Assembly (NCBI GenBank): GCA_963703315.1
Contig: OY969811.1
Span: 1,248,001-1,312,000, forward strand
Direction of reading: 5' to 3'
Origin: an uncultured cyanobacterium
GTDB taxonomy: Bacteria; Cyanobacteriota; Cyanobacteriia; Pseudanabaenales; Pseudanabaenaceae
Length of the DNA: 64,000 nucleotides
This document shows positions 1-10,300 of the stretch, piece by piece. Made by a program: the position numbers and the translations under genes. The stretch's first letter is position 1, and every line of letters starts with the position of its first letter. The notes beneath the pieces are model-generated. The model did not search any database. It worked only from the letters and a program-made list of their open reading frames with translations, and was not told the origin of the DNA.

Positions 1-423
1 GCTAAAGTCGGGCGCTTGCCAATGATTCACACACCACTCGATGCCATAGGCTTGCCTTTGTGCTAATAAGTCAGCATAGCGAGGATATGGCTCAATCATC
101 GTCTGGTGATTGGCATCAAAAAAATGTTCGACAATAAAATGCTTTTGCGATCGCGTTAACGTATCGACAGGTGTTAAAGTCAGTGCTAAGTAGGGATCAA
201 ATGCTTTACCTTCTACATAATCTTGCAATTGCAAAATCAATGAAGGCACAAGATTAATCGTTTGATGGAGTTTGGGGTATCTTGACAACATCAACGCCAA
301 ATCTAAATAATCTTTTACGCCATGCAACCTGACCCAAGGCAAATGATATTTGCCAGCGATCGCGCTTTTGTAAAGAGGTTGATGTTGGTGCCAGATGAAT
401 GCGATATGTAGAGGAAAAGACAT
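1..423 (-). CDS. Glycoside hydrolase family 57 protein (amylopullulanase/branching-enzyme-like), 5' part; runs off the window start
   Basis: Not in the ORF track. Manual translation from ATG at 423 gives MSFPLHIAFIWHQHQPLYKSAIAGKYHLPWVRLHGVKDYLDLALML...NLVPSLILQLQDY, with GH57 motifs WHQHQP and PWVRLH; frame is open to position 1. Confidence 0.85.
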   Translation of the reverse strand, partial: MSFPLHIAFIWHQHQPLYKSAIAGKYHLPWVRLHGVKDYLDLALMLSRYPKLHQTINLVPSLILQLQDYVEGKAFDPYLALTLTPVDTLTRSQKHFIVEHFFDANHQTMIEPYPRYADLLAQRQAYGIEWCVNHWQAPDFS

Positions 424-426
424 AGG

Positions 427-1038
427 ATGACTGGCAATATGACTGGCGATACTTCTAGAAATTGTGACACACCTGTTCCTAGTTCAATCCAAAGACTTTC
501 TGTAAAAGTATTCACTTTAGGGCTGAGTCTCTGCCTAATGGGTTGTACTAATGCGCCTGCGATCTCTGATACCAAGCCATCTCCTACGCCCACATCGCCC
601 CCTACCATCCAAACCAAACCCAAACCAGTTTCAGAACTGGCACAATACTTGTCCATTACCGCTACGGCAACAATTTCAGGTCGTGAGATCCAGCTAGAGG
701 TTGCCAATACTCCGCAGGAGCAAGCCAAGGGTTTAATGTTTCGTCCTCCCTTAGCCGATGATCGCGGAATGTTATTTCCCTTTACACCTGCGCGTCCCGT
801 CGCCTTTTGGATGAAAAATACCCCTTCACCTCTTGATATCATTTTCTTGCTTGATGGTGAAGTCAGGGCGATCGCCCGTAATGCCACTACTTGCAAAAGC
901 GATCCCTGTCCTGTCTATCCTGAAGGTGGTGTGATCGCCGATAATGTCATTGAAGTGAGAGCAGGATTAACCCAAGAAATTGGTTTAAAAGAAGGGGATC
1001 AAATTAAAGTTAAATTCTTGTTGCCAAAAAATCAATGA
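427..1038 (+). CDS. DUF192-family lipoprotein (start uncertain)
   Basis: LEVANTPQEQAKGLMFR..GMLFPF..FWMKNT..LDIIF motif; lipobox-like LMGC after a hydrophobic stretch. Confidence 0.85.
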   Translation: MTGNMTGDTSRNCDTPVPSSIQRLSVKVFTLGLSLCLMGCTNAPAISDTKPSPTPTSPPTIQTKPKPVSELAQYLSITATATISGREIQLEVANTPQEQAKGLMFRPPLADDRGMLFPFTPARPVAFWMKNTPSPLDIIFLLDGEVRAIARNATTCKSDPCPVYPEGGVIADNVIEVRAGLTQEIGLKEGDQIKVKFLLPKNQ

Positions 1039-1161
1039 CCACTATAATTCTAGAGTCGAAAATTTTTAAATTCAAAAATGTTCAAAACTACTTGGTAATT
1101 TCTCTTTAGAAAGTGCTACAAGTAGCAGTGGTGAATCTTGAGTGAAAGAAGAGTTAAAAAA

Positions 1162-1662
1162 ATGACAGCTAGCAGAGCGAGAATGCCTGAACCACAGAGA
1201 TCCCCTCAACCTCTGGATCGTAAGAATAAACGTCTGCAAGCAAGTCGCCCATCAGTCACTAATCGCAATGTGAAGCGGTTACCGCGTACTAACTCTTTTG
1301 CTTTGCCTCTGTGGTTACGAGTTTTGATGACCACACAAAAGTTGTCAATTGTCGCTACGGTCTTGCTTACTGTCTCGGTTTTTGCAATTTACGGCTGGAC
1401 TGTATATGCCCAAGAACAGTGGAACCAGCAATATAAAAAGCTCGAACAACTCAAGCGTCAAGAACGCCAACTGACTAATGCCACAGGTTCTTTTGACAAC
1501 GAAATGATGCAGTCAATCCAAAAAAAGCCTGGGGAACTAGTGCGTGAACGTCCTGAGCAATCAATTTTTTTGCAAGCGGCTCCCCTGCGACCTAAGCGTG
1601 ATGTTCCTGCCACTGTATCCGAATTACCTAAAAATAAATCTAACGAAAGTCTGGGCTATTAG
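1162..1662 (+). CDS. Bitopic membrane protein with coiled coil, cyanobacterial FtsL-like
   Basis: Basic N-terminus, one TM helix (LSIVATVLLTVSVFAIYGWTVY), then a coiled coil QQYKKLEQLKRQERQL; ATG at 1162. Confidence 0.5.
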   Translation: MTASRARMPEPQRSPQPLDRKNKRLQASRPSVTNRNVKRLPRTNSFALPLWLRVLMTTQKLSIVATVLLTVSVFAIYGWTVYAQEQWNQQYKKLEQLKRQERQLTNATGSFDNEMMQSIQKKPGELVRERPEQSIFLQAAPLRPKRDVPATVSELPKNKSNESLGY

Positions 1663-1676
1663 GACATAGCTATGAC

Positions 1677-1727
1677 AAAAAACCAGTAAAGTGGCGGCGC
1701 TTCGCGCCGCCACTTTACTGGTTTTTT
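1677..1727. repeat. Perfect palindrome, 24-bp arms, TTC/GAA loop (possible terminator)
   Basis: aaaaaaccagtaaagtggcggcgc-ttc-gcgccgccactttactggtttttt. Confidence 0.9.
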
Positions 1728-1850
1728 TTAATATTCAATTGTATAGAATATTCTGTTTGAATTGATATAATTTAAATAATTGGGTAATGTACTTTGTATA
1801 GCCCCAATTATGAAAAAATTTGTTGATAAACCTGTAAATACGATAAAGCC

Positions 1851-2390
1851 ATGACACAAACTACTTCTGTTTCGGTGACAACCCCACTACGTCCTGTCAG
1901 CAAAGATGGTTTAGAGGCACTTGCCGCTAAGGCACAGGCAAATCCTAATGTAATTGGGACATTAAAGGTAAAAACAGTCTGTGAAGGACAATTTCGGAAC
2001 TTGAACTATGTCCGTAACTTACCTGAACACGTTATTGATGAGCCACCCACATTATTGGGGCAAGACACCGCACCTAATCCTTCAGAAGCTTTGTTAGCGG
2101 CTCTTGGTTCTTGTTTGTCAGTTGGTATTCATGCTAATGCAATTATGCGAGGCATTACCCTTTCCAAGCTAGAGTTACACCTTGAAGGTGATATCAACAT
2201 TACAGGGGTTTGGGGCATTGGCGATTTATCTAAGAAGCGCTTGGGAATTAGTGCCGTTAGAGTGAAGGTTGATATCGAGGCTGATGCCACCAAAGAAGAA
2301 CTAGAAGATCTGCTGGAGCATTCAAATTATTGGTCGCCTGTGGCTAATACTTTCCGTAATCCTGTAGATATGGAAGTTTCGCTAGCGTAA
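1851..2390 (+). CDS. OsmC/Ohr-family protein
   Basis: IDEPPTLLGQDTAPNPSEALLAALGSCL motif; WSPV at the position of the usual second CPV. Confidence 0.85.
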   Translation: MTQTTSVSVTTPLRPVSKDGLEALAAKAQANPNVIGTLKVKTVCEGQFRNLNYVRNLPEHVIDEPPTLLGQDTAPNPSEALLAALGSCLSVGIHANAIMRGITLSKLELHLEGDINITGVWGIGDLSKKRLGISAVRVKVDIEADATKEELEDLLEHSNYWSPVANTFRNPVDMEVSLA

Positions 2391-2392
2391 AA

Positions 2393-2505
2393 TATAGCAA
2401 AAAAAGTTTTGCTTAGGACACAAAACCAGAAGGAGAGTTGCGGCGCTCTGCGCCGCAACTCTCCTTGGGTTTTAGTTTGTACTAACCAACTATTGCTTTG
2501 CTATA
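2393..2505. mobile_element. MITE with IS630-like ends and a central palindrome (divergent copy)
   Basis: tatagc...ttaggacacaaaacc...gagagttgcggcgc-tct-gcgccgcaactctc...gctata. Confidence 0.7.
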
Positions 2506-2542
2506 TTTAGGACGCTTGGCGCTAAAACCAGAACCAATAATT

Positions 2543-2577
2543 TTTTTCAAAGTGTTGCTCCGCAACACTTTGAAAAA
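2543..2577. repeat. Palindrome with TCC/GGA loop
   Basis: tttttcaaagtgttgc-tcc-gcaacactttgaaaaa. Confidence 0.85.
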
Positions 2578-2613
2578 TCTGTATACAATAGGAATCCGAT
2601 AGGAAAAGAAGTG

Positions 2614-3756
2614 ATGCAAGTTAGTGACACCAGACTCAATCAATCTCCAGAAAAACTGCTCACTGATGAAGCATTAATGCAGAGCTTGAAAGTGGCGATC
2701 GCCCAAAAATTAGCGCCTAATGTCATCAAAATTGACCAGCAAGGTGTTTATCCTGAAGAATTTTTGCAATATATTGGCAGCCTCGGCGCGTATGGTCAGG
2801 GTGTTTCGGTTGAGTCTGGTGGTACGGGGCGTGGTGTATTGCCTGCATTGAAAGCGATCGAAATGGTGTCCGAGACTTGCTTAAGTACTGGGTTTATGGC
2901 TTGGTGTCACAATGCCTGTTCTTGGTATTTACAAAATACCGATAATCCTTTTCTGCGAGAGCAAATTCTGCCTCAAGTCGCTGTGGGGAAATTGCTAGCG
3001 GGAACTGGTTTGTCCAACCCGATGAAACACTTTGCAGGGATCGAGAAAATCAAGATTATCGCTACGCCCTGTGAAGGTGGTTATATTCTCAATGGCACAT
3101 TGCCTTGGGTATCTAATCTTGGCGACAAGCATCTATTTGGAATATCTGCCCAAATACAAGGAACTGACGACTATTTAATGGCGATCGCCCAAGGTGGGAT
3201 GACAGGACTAGAGCTAAAACAAGATGTGCATTTTATTGCGCTCGAAGGTACGAATACCTTTAGGTGTCTATTCCGTAATGCTTTTATTAGTCATGATTGG
3301 ATTTTAGCTGCACCTTGCGATCGCTATGTCGAATATATCAAACCCGGATTTATCCTCATGCAAGTGGGGATGGGTTTAGGATTAACCCAGAATTGTATTG
3401 ATCTGATGCGAAGGATTGATAAAACTAAGCATCATGTTAATCAATATCTTGACGATCGCCCCGATGAAATGGAAAGCGAATTAGAATCACTGCGCCTAAA
3501 GTCCTACCGATTAGCGGAAGCGATCGGGCATGGACGCGAACTATTTAGTACAGAGGTGATAAGAGAAGTCATTGAGGCAAGGGCGGCGGCTTCTGAGCTA
3601 TCTCTAAGAGCTTCACAGTCATTGATGCTCCATGCGGGGGCGATCGCCTATGTGCATGGCAGCATTTATGAGAGACGCTTGCGAGAGTCATATTTTGTAG
3701 CAATAGTGACACCTGCACTTAAACATTTACGCAAAGTTTTAATAGGGATGCGATAG
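2614..3756 (+). CDS. Acyl-CoA dehydrogenase-superfamily flavoprotein
   Basis: ACAD-like motifs: CLSTGFMAWCH, GGYILNGTLPWVSN, LEGTNT, AGAIAY..ERRLRESYF. Confidence 0.85.
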   Translation: MQVSDTRLNQSPEKLLTDEALMQSLKVAIAQKLAPNVIKIDQQGVYPEEFLQYIGSLGAYGQGVSVESGGTGRGVLPALKAIEMVSETCLSTGFMAWCHNACSWYLQNTDNPFLREQILPQVAVGKLLAGTGLSNPMKHFAGIEKIKIIATPCEGGYILNGTLPWVSNLGDKHLFGISAQIQGTDDYLMAIAQGGMTGLELKQDVHFIALEGTNTFRCLFRNAFISHDWILAAPCDRYVEYIKPGFILMQVGMGLGLTQNCIDLMRRIDKTKHHVNQYLDDRPDEMESELESLRLKSYRLAEAIGHGRELFSTEVIREVIEARAAASELSLRASQSLMLHAGAIAYVHGSIYERRLRESYFVAIVTPALKHLRKVLIGMR

Positions 3757-3767
3757 CTATATTTGTC

Positions 3768-3814
3768 GCCATTAGACGAGTTGCGGCGCGAAGCGCCACT
3801 ACTCGTCTAATGGC
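3768..3814. repeat. Imperfect palindrome with GAA loop
   Basis: gccattagacgagttgcggcgc-gaa-gcgccactactcgtctaatggc. Confidence 0.8.
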
Positions 3815-3861
3815 AAGGCTTTTACCATCTATAAATTCAAAACTAATGAGCTAAAAATAAT

Positions 3862-4308
3862 ATGACAGTTGAATTTCCTGCTTTTACTCAAACTTTACTA
3901 GCTGCCAAAAAAGCCAAAGGTTTAAGCTTTGCAGATCTCGAAAGTCTCTTAGGACATGATGAGGTCTGGATTGCTTCTCTTTTTTATGGTCAGAATAGCA
4001 CTAGCCCTGAAGAAGCGAAAAAAGTGGCTGATGTGCTTGGTTTGGGGGAAGATATCATCGCTGCCTTGAGTGCTTATCCTAGCAAGGGTTTAGGACCGAT
4101 TGTGCCGACTGATCCACTTATTTACCGATTCTATGAAATCATTCAAGTCTATGGTTATCCGATTAAGGAAATCATTCATGAAAAATTTGGTGATGGCATT
4201 ATGAGTGCCATTGACTTCACCCTTGACATCGACAAAGTAGAAGATCCTAAAGGCGATCGGGTCAAGGTGACTCTAAACGGTAAATTCCTTCCTTACAAAA
4301 AATGGTAA
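3862..4308 (+). CDS. cynS: Cyanate hydratase (cyanase)
   Basis: [31 protein letters not shown] signature. Confidence 0.97.
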   Translation: MTVEFPAFTQTLLAAKKAKGLSFADLESLLGHDEVWIASLFYGQNSTSPEEAKKVADVLGLGEDIIAALSAYPSKGLGPIVPTDPLIYRFYEIIQVYGYPIKEIIHEKFGDGIMSAIDFTLDIDKVEDPKGDRVKVTLNGKFLPYKKW

Positions 4309-4363
4309 AACCAAAAAAATAAAGGTGTGGCGCAAAGCGCCACACCTTTATTTTTTTGGTTTT
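4307..4363. terminator. Perfect palindrome, 27-bp arms, directly after cynS; likely terminator
   Basis: aaaaccaaaaaaataaaggtgtggcgc-aaa-gcgccacacctttatttttttggtttt. Confidence 0.75.
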
Positions 4364-4369
4364 TAAGCC

Positions 4370-4433
4370 TTTCATAATCGTTTCATTTTTCTTTTTATAT
4401 GGTATATTTTAAAAAATGAAACGATTATGAAAA
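4370..4433. promoter_or_regulatory. Two inverted ManR-like boxes upstream of mntCAB
   Basis: tttcataatcgtttcattttt (4370-4390) is the exact reverse complement of aaaaatgaaacgattatgaaa (4412-4432); each half reads AATGAAAC-N3-TATGAAA. Confidence 0.55.
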
Positions 4434-4439
4434 GTAATC

Positions 4440-5432
4440 ATGAATTATCAATCTAGTTTTAAGCAGTTTTTTATTCACTCAAAACAATATCTGGTTAGTT
4501 TCTCTAGCCTGTTATTAGCAGTGAGTATAAATGCTTGTAACTTGCAGACCACACCAAGTCAAAGCGAAAGTGCTAGACCGATTGATGCCTCTACTCGCAA
4601 AAATAAGCAAGGTAAGAAAGTAATCCTGACCACGTTTACGGTGCTGGCAGACATGGCGCAAAATGTGGCGGGGGATAAGGCGATCGTGGAGTCCATCACA
4701 AAGGTGGGGGCAGAGATTCATGGTTATGAACCGACACCTAGTGATTTAGCGAGAGGTCAGGAAGTCGATCTGATTTTAGATAATGGATTGAACTTAGAAC
4801 GGTGGGCGGAGCGTTTTTACAATAGTTTACCGAAAGTGGCGCGACTGACTATCAGTGAAGGAGTACAGCCCGTTAACATTACCGAAGATACCTATCAAGG
4901 TAAGCCCAATCCCCATGCATGGATGTCACCTCAAAATGCATTGATATATGTGGAAAATATTCGCAAAGCGCTCACTAAAATCGATCCTGTGAATGCCGCA
5001 GCCTATAACGCTAATGCTCAAAACTATAGCCAACAAATTCAAGCCCTCGATGCCAAACTCAAACAGGCGATCGCTGTAATTCCCCCTGACAAACGCTACA
5101 TCGTCAGTTGTGAAGGCGCATTTTCTTATATTGCCCGTGATTATGGCTTGAAGGAAGTTTATATCTGGTCAGTCAATGCCGAGCAGCAAGCCACTCCTAA
5201 ACAAGTGCAGAAAGTAATTGAAGCAGTGAAGGCTAATCAAATTCCATCTGTGTTTTGTGAAAGCACCGTCAGTGACAAACCGATGCAACAGGTAGTCAAA
5301 GAAACTGGAGCAAAGTATGGAGGCGTGTTTTATGTGGATTCTCTATCTCCTCCCAATGGACTCACCCCGACCTATCTCAAACTACTGGAATATAACGTCA
5401 ATACTTTAATTAAAGGCTTGCAAAGTAAATAA
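4440..5432 (+). CDS. mntC: Mn/metal ABC transporter substrate-binding lipoprotein
   Basis: EIHGYEPTP, PNPHAWMSP, CEGAFSY, DSL motifs; lipobox INAC. Confidence 0.9.
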   Translation: MNYQSSFKQFFIHSKQYLVSFSSLLLAVSINACNLQTTPSQSESARPIDASTRKNKQGKKVILTTFTVLADMAQNVAGDKAIVESITKVGAEIHGYEPTPSDLARGQEVDLILDNGLNLERWAERFYNSLPKVARLTISEGVQPVNITEDTYQGKPNPHAWMSPQNALIYVENIRKALTKIDPVNAAAYNANAQNYSQQIQALDAKLKQAIAVIPPDKRYIVSCEGAFSYIARDYGLKEVYIWSVNAEQQATPKQVQKVIEAVKANQIPSVFCESTVSDKPMQQVVKETGAKYGGVFYVDSLSPPNGLTPTYLKLLEYNVNTLIKGLQSK

Positions 5433-5492
5433 GTTATAGGTTCGGTACTTCACACAGAACATCCCAAAATCCAAGATGAACGGAGAAAATTT

Positions 5493-6266
5493 ATGACACT
5501 TAGTATTGACATTGAGAATGTGACCGTTGCCTATCATGGCAAAGTTGCTTTACATCGTGCTTCACTGCAACTGCATTCGGGAACGATTTGCGGCTTAGTC
5601 GGGATGAATGGTGCAGGTAAATCTACCCTCTTTAAATCGGTGATGGGATTTGTGAAACCTATCAGTGGCAGAGTCTTGATTAATGGCTTACCGATTCGCC
5701 TTGTGCAGAAAAACAATCTTGTTGCCTATGTTCCTCAATCGGAGGAAGTCGATTGGAACTTCCCTGTGAGTGTGCATGATGTGGTGATGATGGGACGCTA
5801 TGGCTATATGAACTTTTTACGGATGGCGCGATCGCTTGATCAGCAGATCGTGCGTGAGAGTTTAGAGCGTGTGGAAATGTGGGAAATGCGCGATCGCCAA
5901 ATTGGAGAGCTATCGGGTGGTCAAAAGAAACGGACATTTTTTGCGCGGGCTTTAGCACAGCAGGGTAAAGTGTTGCTCCTCGATGAGCCATTTGCAGGGG
6001 TGGATGTTAAGACGGAGAAGCTGATGATTAATCTGCTGATGGAACTTCGGGATGCAGGTTATACGATTCTAATTTCTACCCATGATCTTGATTCCATCAC
6101 CACTTTTTGTGATCAAGTGGTCTTAATCAATCGCACGATTCTCGCCTATGGGGAGACTTCTGAAGTATTTACCGAAGAGAATCTTTCGCGTACCTTTGGC
6201 GGTTCTGTAATCGATTTATCACGTTCAAAAAGCCATCTAATTAAAGGCAAACAGGAGAATCAGTAA
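5493..6266 (+). CDS. mntA: Mn/metal ABC transporter ATP-binding protein
   Basis: [33 protein letters not shown]. Confidence 0.9.
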   Translation: MTLSIDIENVTVAYHGKVALHRASLQLHSGTICGLVGMNGAGKSTLFKSVMGFVKPISGRVLINGLPIRLVQKNNLVAYVPQSEEVDWNFPVSVHDVVMMGRYGYMNFLRMARSLDQQIVRESLERVEMWEMRDRQIGELSGGQKKRTFFARALAQQGKVLLLDEPFAGVDVKTEKLMINLLMELRDAGYTILISTHDLDSITTFCDQVVLINRTILAYGETSEVFTEENLSRTFGGSVIDLSRSKSHLIKGKQENQ

Positions 6267-7120
6267 TGGAATTATTAAATTGGTTTACTGCCCCCTTGCA
6301 GTATGGGTTTATGGTGAAAGCAATTTTGATTAGTGCTTTGGTGGGATTGGTCTGCTCAGCGCTGTCTTGCTTCATGATTTTGAAAGGATGGGCGTTAATG
6401 GGCGATGCCGTGTCCCATGCGGTATTACCGGGGGTGGTACTAGCCTACGTGATGAATATTCCTTTTGCGATCGGGGCGTTTGTCTTTGGAGTGGGTTCGG
6501 TAATCGCGATCGGATTTATCAAAGCCAACACTCGCATTAAAGAAGATACGGTAATTGGATTGGTATTTACAGGATTATTTGCTTTCGGAATTGTGCTAGT
6601 TTCCAAAGTTAAAAGTACGGTCGATTTAGGACATATTCTGTTTGGTAATGTGCTGGGAATCGCAGATAGTGATATTGTCCAAACTGTGATTATTAGCGTT
6701 ATTACCTTAGTAACACTGGTTCTATTACGCAAAGATTTAATTCTGTTTTGTTTTGATGCTACCCATGCGCGATCAATTGGATTGAATACGACATTTCTCT
6801 ATTATGTCTTGCTCTCTTTACTCTCCCTGACGGCTGTGGCAGGACTTCAGACGGTGGGAATTATTCTAGTTGTGGCGATGTTGATTACTCCAGGGGCAAC
6901 TGCCTATTTATTAAGCGATCGCTTTGACCAGATGGTGCTAATTGCGATGGCTTCGGGAATGTTTTCCAGTGTGATGGGAACCTATATTAGTTATCACATT
7001 GACGGTTCAACGGGTGGTTGTATTGTGGTTCTGCAAACTCTATTATTTTTAGTGGCGATGATTTTTGCACCGAAGCATGGACTGTTAGTGCGATCGCGCC
7101 AACAAATTACTGAGCCTTAG
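6266..7120 (+). CDS. mntB: Mn/metal ABC transporter permease
   Basis: GWALMGDAVSHAVLPG, LFGNVLG; start overlaps the mntA stop (TAATG). Confidence 0.9.
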   Translation: MELLNWFTAPLQYGFMVKAILISALVGLVCSALSCFMILKGWALMGDAVSHAVLPGVVLAYVMNIPFAIGAFVFGVGSVIAIGFIKANTRIKEDTVIGLVFTGLFAFGIVLVSKVKSTVDLGHILFGNVLGIADSDIVQTVIISVITLVTLVLLRKDLILFCFDATHARSIGLNTTFLYYVLLSLLSLTAVAGLQTVGIILVVAMLITPGATAYLLSDRFDQMVLIAMASGMFSSVMGTYISYHIDGSTGGCIVVLQTLLFLVAMIFAPKHGLLVRSRQQITEP

Positions 7121-7202
7121 TTAGTATTCTCATAAAACAGCATTCCATAACTTTCTCCTTCTCAATACTATCTCTTATTTCTTAACAGGTCTATTATAAA
7201 GC

Positions 7203-7289
7203 TAAGTAGCTGGGCGCATTAAATATAAAACCCAAAAACCTGTGGCGCACGCGCAGCGTGCGCCACAGGTTTTAGCTCTGATTTTTAAT
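7203..7289. mobile_element. TAAGTAG-type MITE, right end degenerate or truncated
   Basis: taagtagctgggcgcattaaatataaaaccc...cctgtggcgcacgc-gca-gcgtgcgccacagg; nearly the reverse complement of 50906-51010. Confidence 0.7.
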
Positions 7290-7303
7290 GAGGAATTGAA
7301 GTT

Positions 7304-10300
7304 ATGCAACTTACTCTTCGCTATGTATGTATTTCTGGCGCGATCGCAATTAGCTATTTTACGGCAGTATTTCCTACTATGGCTCAGATTGTGACCGATC
7401 AAACTCTGCCAGTAAACTCTACAGTAACTACAAGTGGATTAATACATACAATTAATGGTGGTACGGCGAGGGGCGTTAATCTCTATCATAGTTTTCAAGA
7501 TTTCTCAGTTCCCATAGATAATACTGCCTATTTCAATAATGCTTCCAATGTGCAGAATATTTTAACGCGAGTGACAGGAAACTCTGTCTCGAATATTGAG
7601 GGCATGATTAAAACAAATGGAAATGCTAATTTATTTCTGCTCAATCCTCATGGGATTACATTTGGAGCAAGTGCCAAGTTGGATATTGGCGGAACTTTTG
7701 TGGGCAGTACAGCCAATAGTCTTAAGTTCGCTGACGGTAGCGAATTTAGTGCCACCAATCCCCAAACACCGCCTTTACTGACAACAGATATTACGCTAGG
7801 GTTGCAATATGGTACGAGTAATACAGGAGCAACGATCGCCAATCGCGGCAATCTCTCCACTGGACAAGATTTAATTCTCAATGCTGACCAACTAGACTTA
7901 CAAGGGCAATTACAAGCAGGGCGAGATTTAACTTTGCGATCGCCTAATCCGATTATCGGTGATGCCCATTTCTATGCGAATGGAAACTTAAAATTTGAGA
8001 ACGTGGATGGAACCCTCGGAAATCTGATCAGCCCTAACGATCCCGTGATTTTAGCTGGTGGGAATGTGGCTTTAGGCAACTATACAGGCGCATCGCTGCA
8101 TATTTTAGCAGGAGGCAGCGTTACCCTCGGTAATGTCACAATCAACGCTACAGGAGCAGTAAATACTACAATCAATCCCAGTAATACAGCGCTATTTAAT
8201 GCGACGAAAAGCTATGCAGATTTGGCAACATTTTATTTGACAGACTATCAAGCAATTAAAAATGGTGATGGCTCAGTTCAGAATATTGTACCGATCCAAA
8301 TTCCGATCACGATTAATGGAAATAGTCAAGCAACTTTGGATGTGCGAACAGGAGTAGACTGGTCACAGTTAGGTGGGTTACCCTCTAGTCCCATCGTCTC
8401 AGGGGCGATCGCTTCTACCCCAACCTATGTCAATCCTCCTACTAGAGCCGATATTACCGTAAATGGAACTATTCGCGTAAACCAGCCTAGCGGATTAGTG
8501 TTATTGACCAACCAGTTCATGCCTAATACCTTGCAAGGCAAAATCTCTACTCAAGAAATTAATACGGGTACGAGTGTAGTCGGAGCTAATGCTGGTGATA
8601 TTCGCATCTATGGACGTGGCGATATTGTCATAAATTCCAACTTGATTGCGTATGCAGAACCAAACACGGGTAATGCAGGTAATGGTGGCTCCGTTGCTAT
8701 TTCTTCTTACGCTGGTAATATTCGGATGAGTTCTGACTTGTATACTGATTCTTTCACTCTCATTGGAAATACAAGTAATGGCGGCAAGATATCATTCTCT
8801 TCCTATTTAGGTAATATTCTATTAGATAATATGTATTTTGAATCGTCCTCCTTCGCTTACGATGGCAACTCAGCGAATGCAGGAGATGTTTCTCTTACCT
8901 CTCACTCTGGCAATATTACAGTCACTCGTCCAATCTGGAAATCACCCTCAGTTTCATTAGCATCAGGTTATTCGGGTAATGGGGGAGCAGTTTCTTTTGC
9001 TACTTATTCTGGCAATATCACCATTAAAGATGTCCAGAGCTTCTTTGGCGATACTGGCACTTATTTAGATACTGGAACTTATTCAGGCTCTAAATCCTCT
9101 GGAAATGGAGGAGCATTTTCGTTAGCTTCCAACTCTGGCAATATTTCCCTAACTAATGCACCGTTAAATTCCTCCACTGCTTCCTATTCATCTTCAACAT
9201 TAGATTCTGCTGGCAATGGCGGCGCAATCTCTTTAGCGACTGGTTCTGGAGATATTACGCTAAATGATTTGACATTGTATTCGTACTCCTTTGCTCAATC
9301 GGCTAATTCGCGCAATGGCGGCGCAATTTCTCTATATTCTGGATCTGGGAATATTAAGCTGAACAACTCCACATTATCAGCTTACTCATTTGCTCCTGCT
9401 GCTAGCTCTCAGAATGGCGGAATGGTATCTATATCTGCGCCCAATGGCAATATTATCAGTGACTTAACTAGCTACATATTGTCATTCTCAATTTCTAAGT
9501 TAGGTTCCCAAAGTGGAAATGGTGGTGAAATTAACCTCGTCGCCAAAAATCAAATTAATAATCTTGCTCTGTTTACATCATCGGCTTTTGGGCAAGCAGG
9601 AACTGTAAATATCAATGGATTAGGGGACTTAACAATCTCCAATCTACAAATTATTACCAGTAAGACCGTCAACTTTCCTAAACGTGACTACGATATTAAC
9701 GACCCAAATACTTTCATCACCACGATTTTTGGTGCTGGACAAAATGGGCGATCGGGAGATGTGGTAATTACAGGCTTAGGGAATCTTACGTTTGACAATA
9801 CGCTGATTTTAAGTACGACTCAAGGAACTGATTCTGCTGGCAATATTTTGATCACTAGTCCCAACTTGATTACTTTCCAAAATAATAGTCAAGTCCTCAG
9901 TAATACCAGTAGCAAAGGCAATGCGGGGAATATCAATGTTGTTGCGGGACAGGCTATTACCTTCAAACAGAATAGTCAAATTACTGCTCAAACCAGTAGT
10001 GAGGGAAAAGCTGGCAATATTGATCTCAACGCAGGAAATTCGATTCTTTTTACTGCGGGTACTGGCTTATTTGCCAATACCACCCAAGGTTCTACAGGCG
10101 ATGGCGGTAATATTACGATCGATCCGCAATATGTCACTCTTCAAGATGGCGCAGCGATCGCTGTTGGTAGTCTCGGATCTGGCGTTGGCGGCAATATTAG
10201 CATATTTGCCAATTATCTCTCGCTGATTAATGGATCTTCTATTACTGCCTCAACTGCTAGTACAAATGGAGGAAATATCAACTTGACCATTCCCTCAATA

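Noticed and set aside
315..896. 193-aa minus-strand ORF and the many other short ORFs overlapping recognised genes
   Set aside because: Shadow frames with no motifs; this one overlaps both DUF192 and the real GH57 frame
7202..7402. Small ORFs at 7202-7402, 33501-33692, 42298-42522 and 31634-31852
   Set aside because: They are translations of MITE or palindrome sequence or overlap real genes
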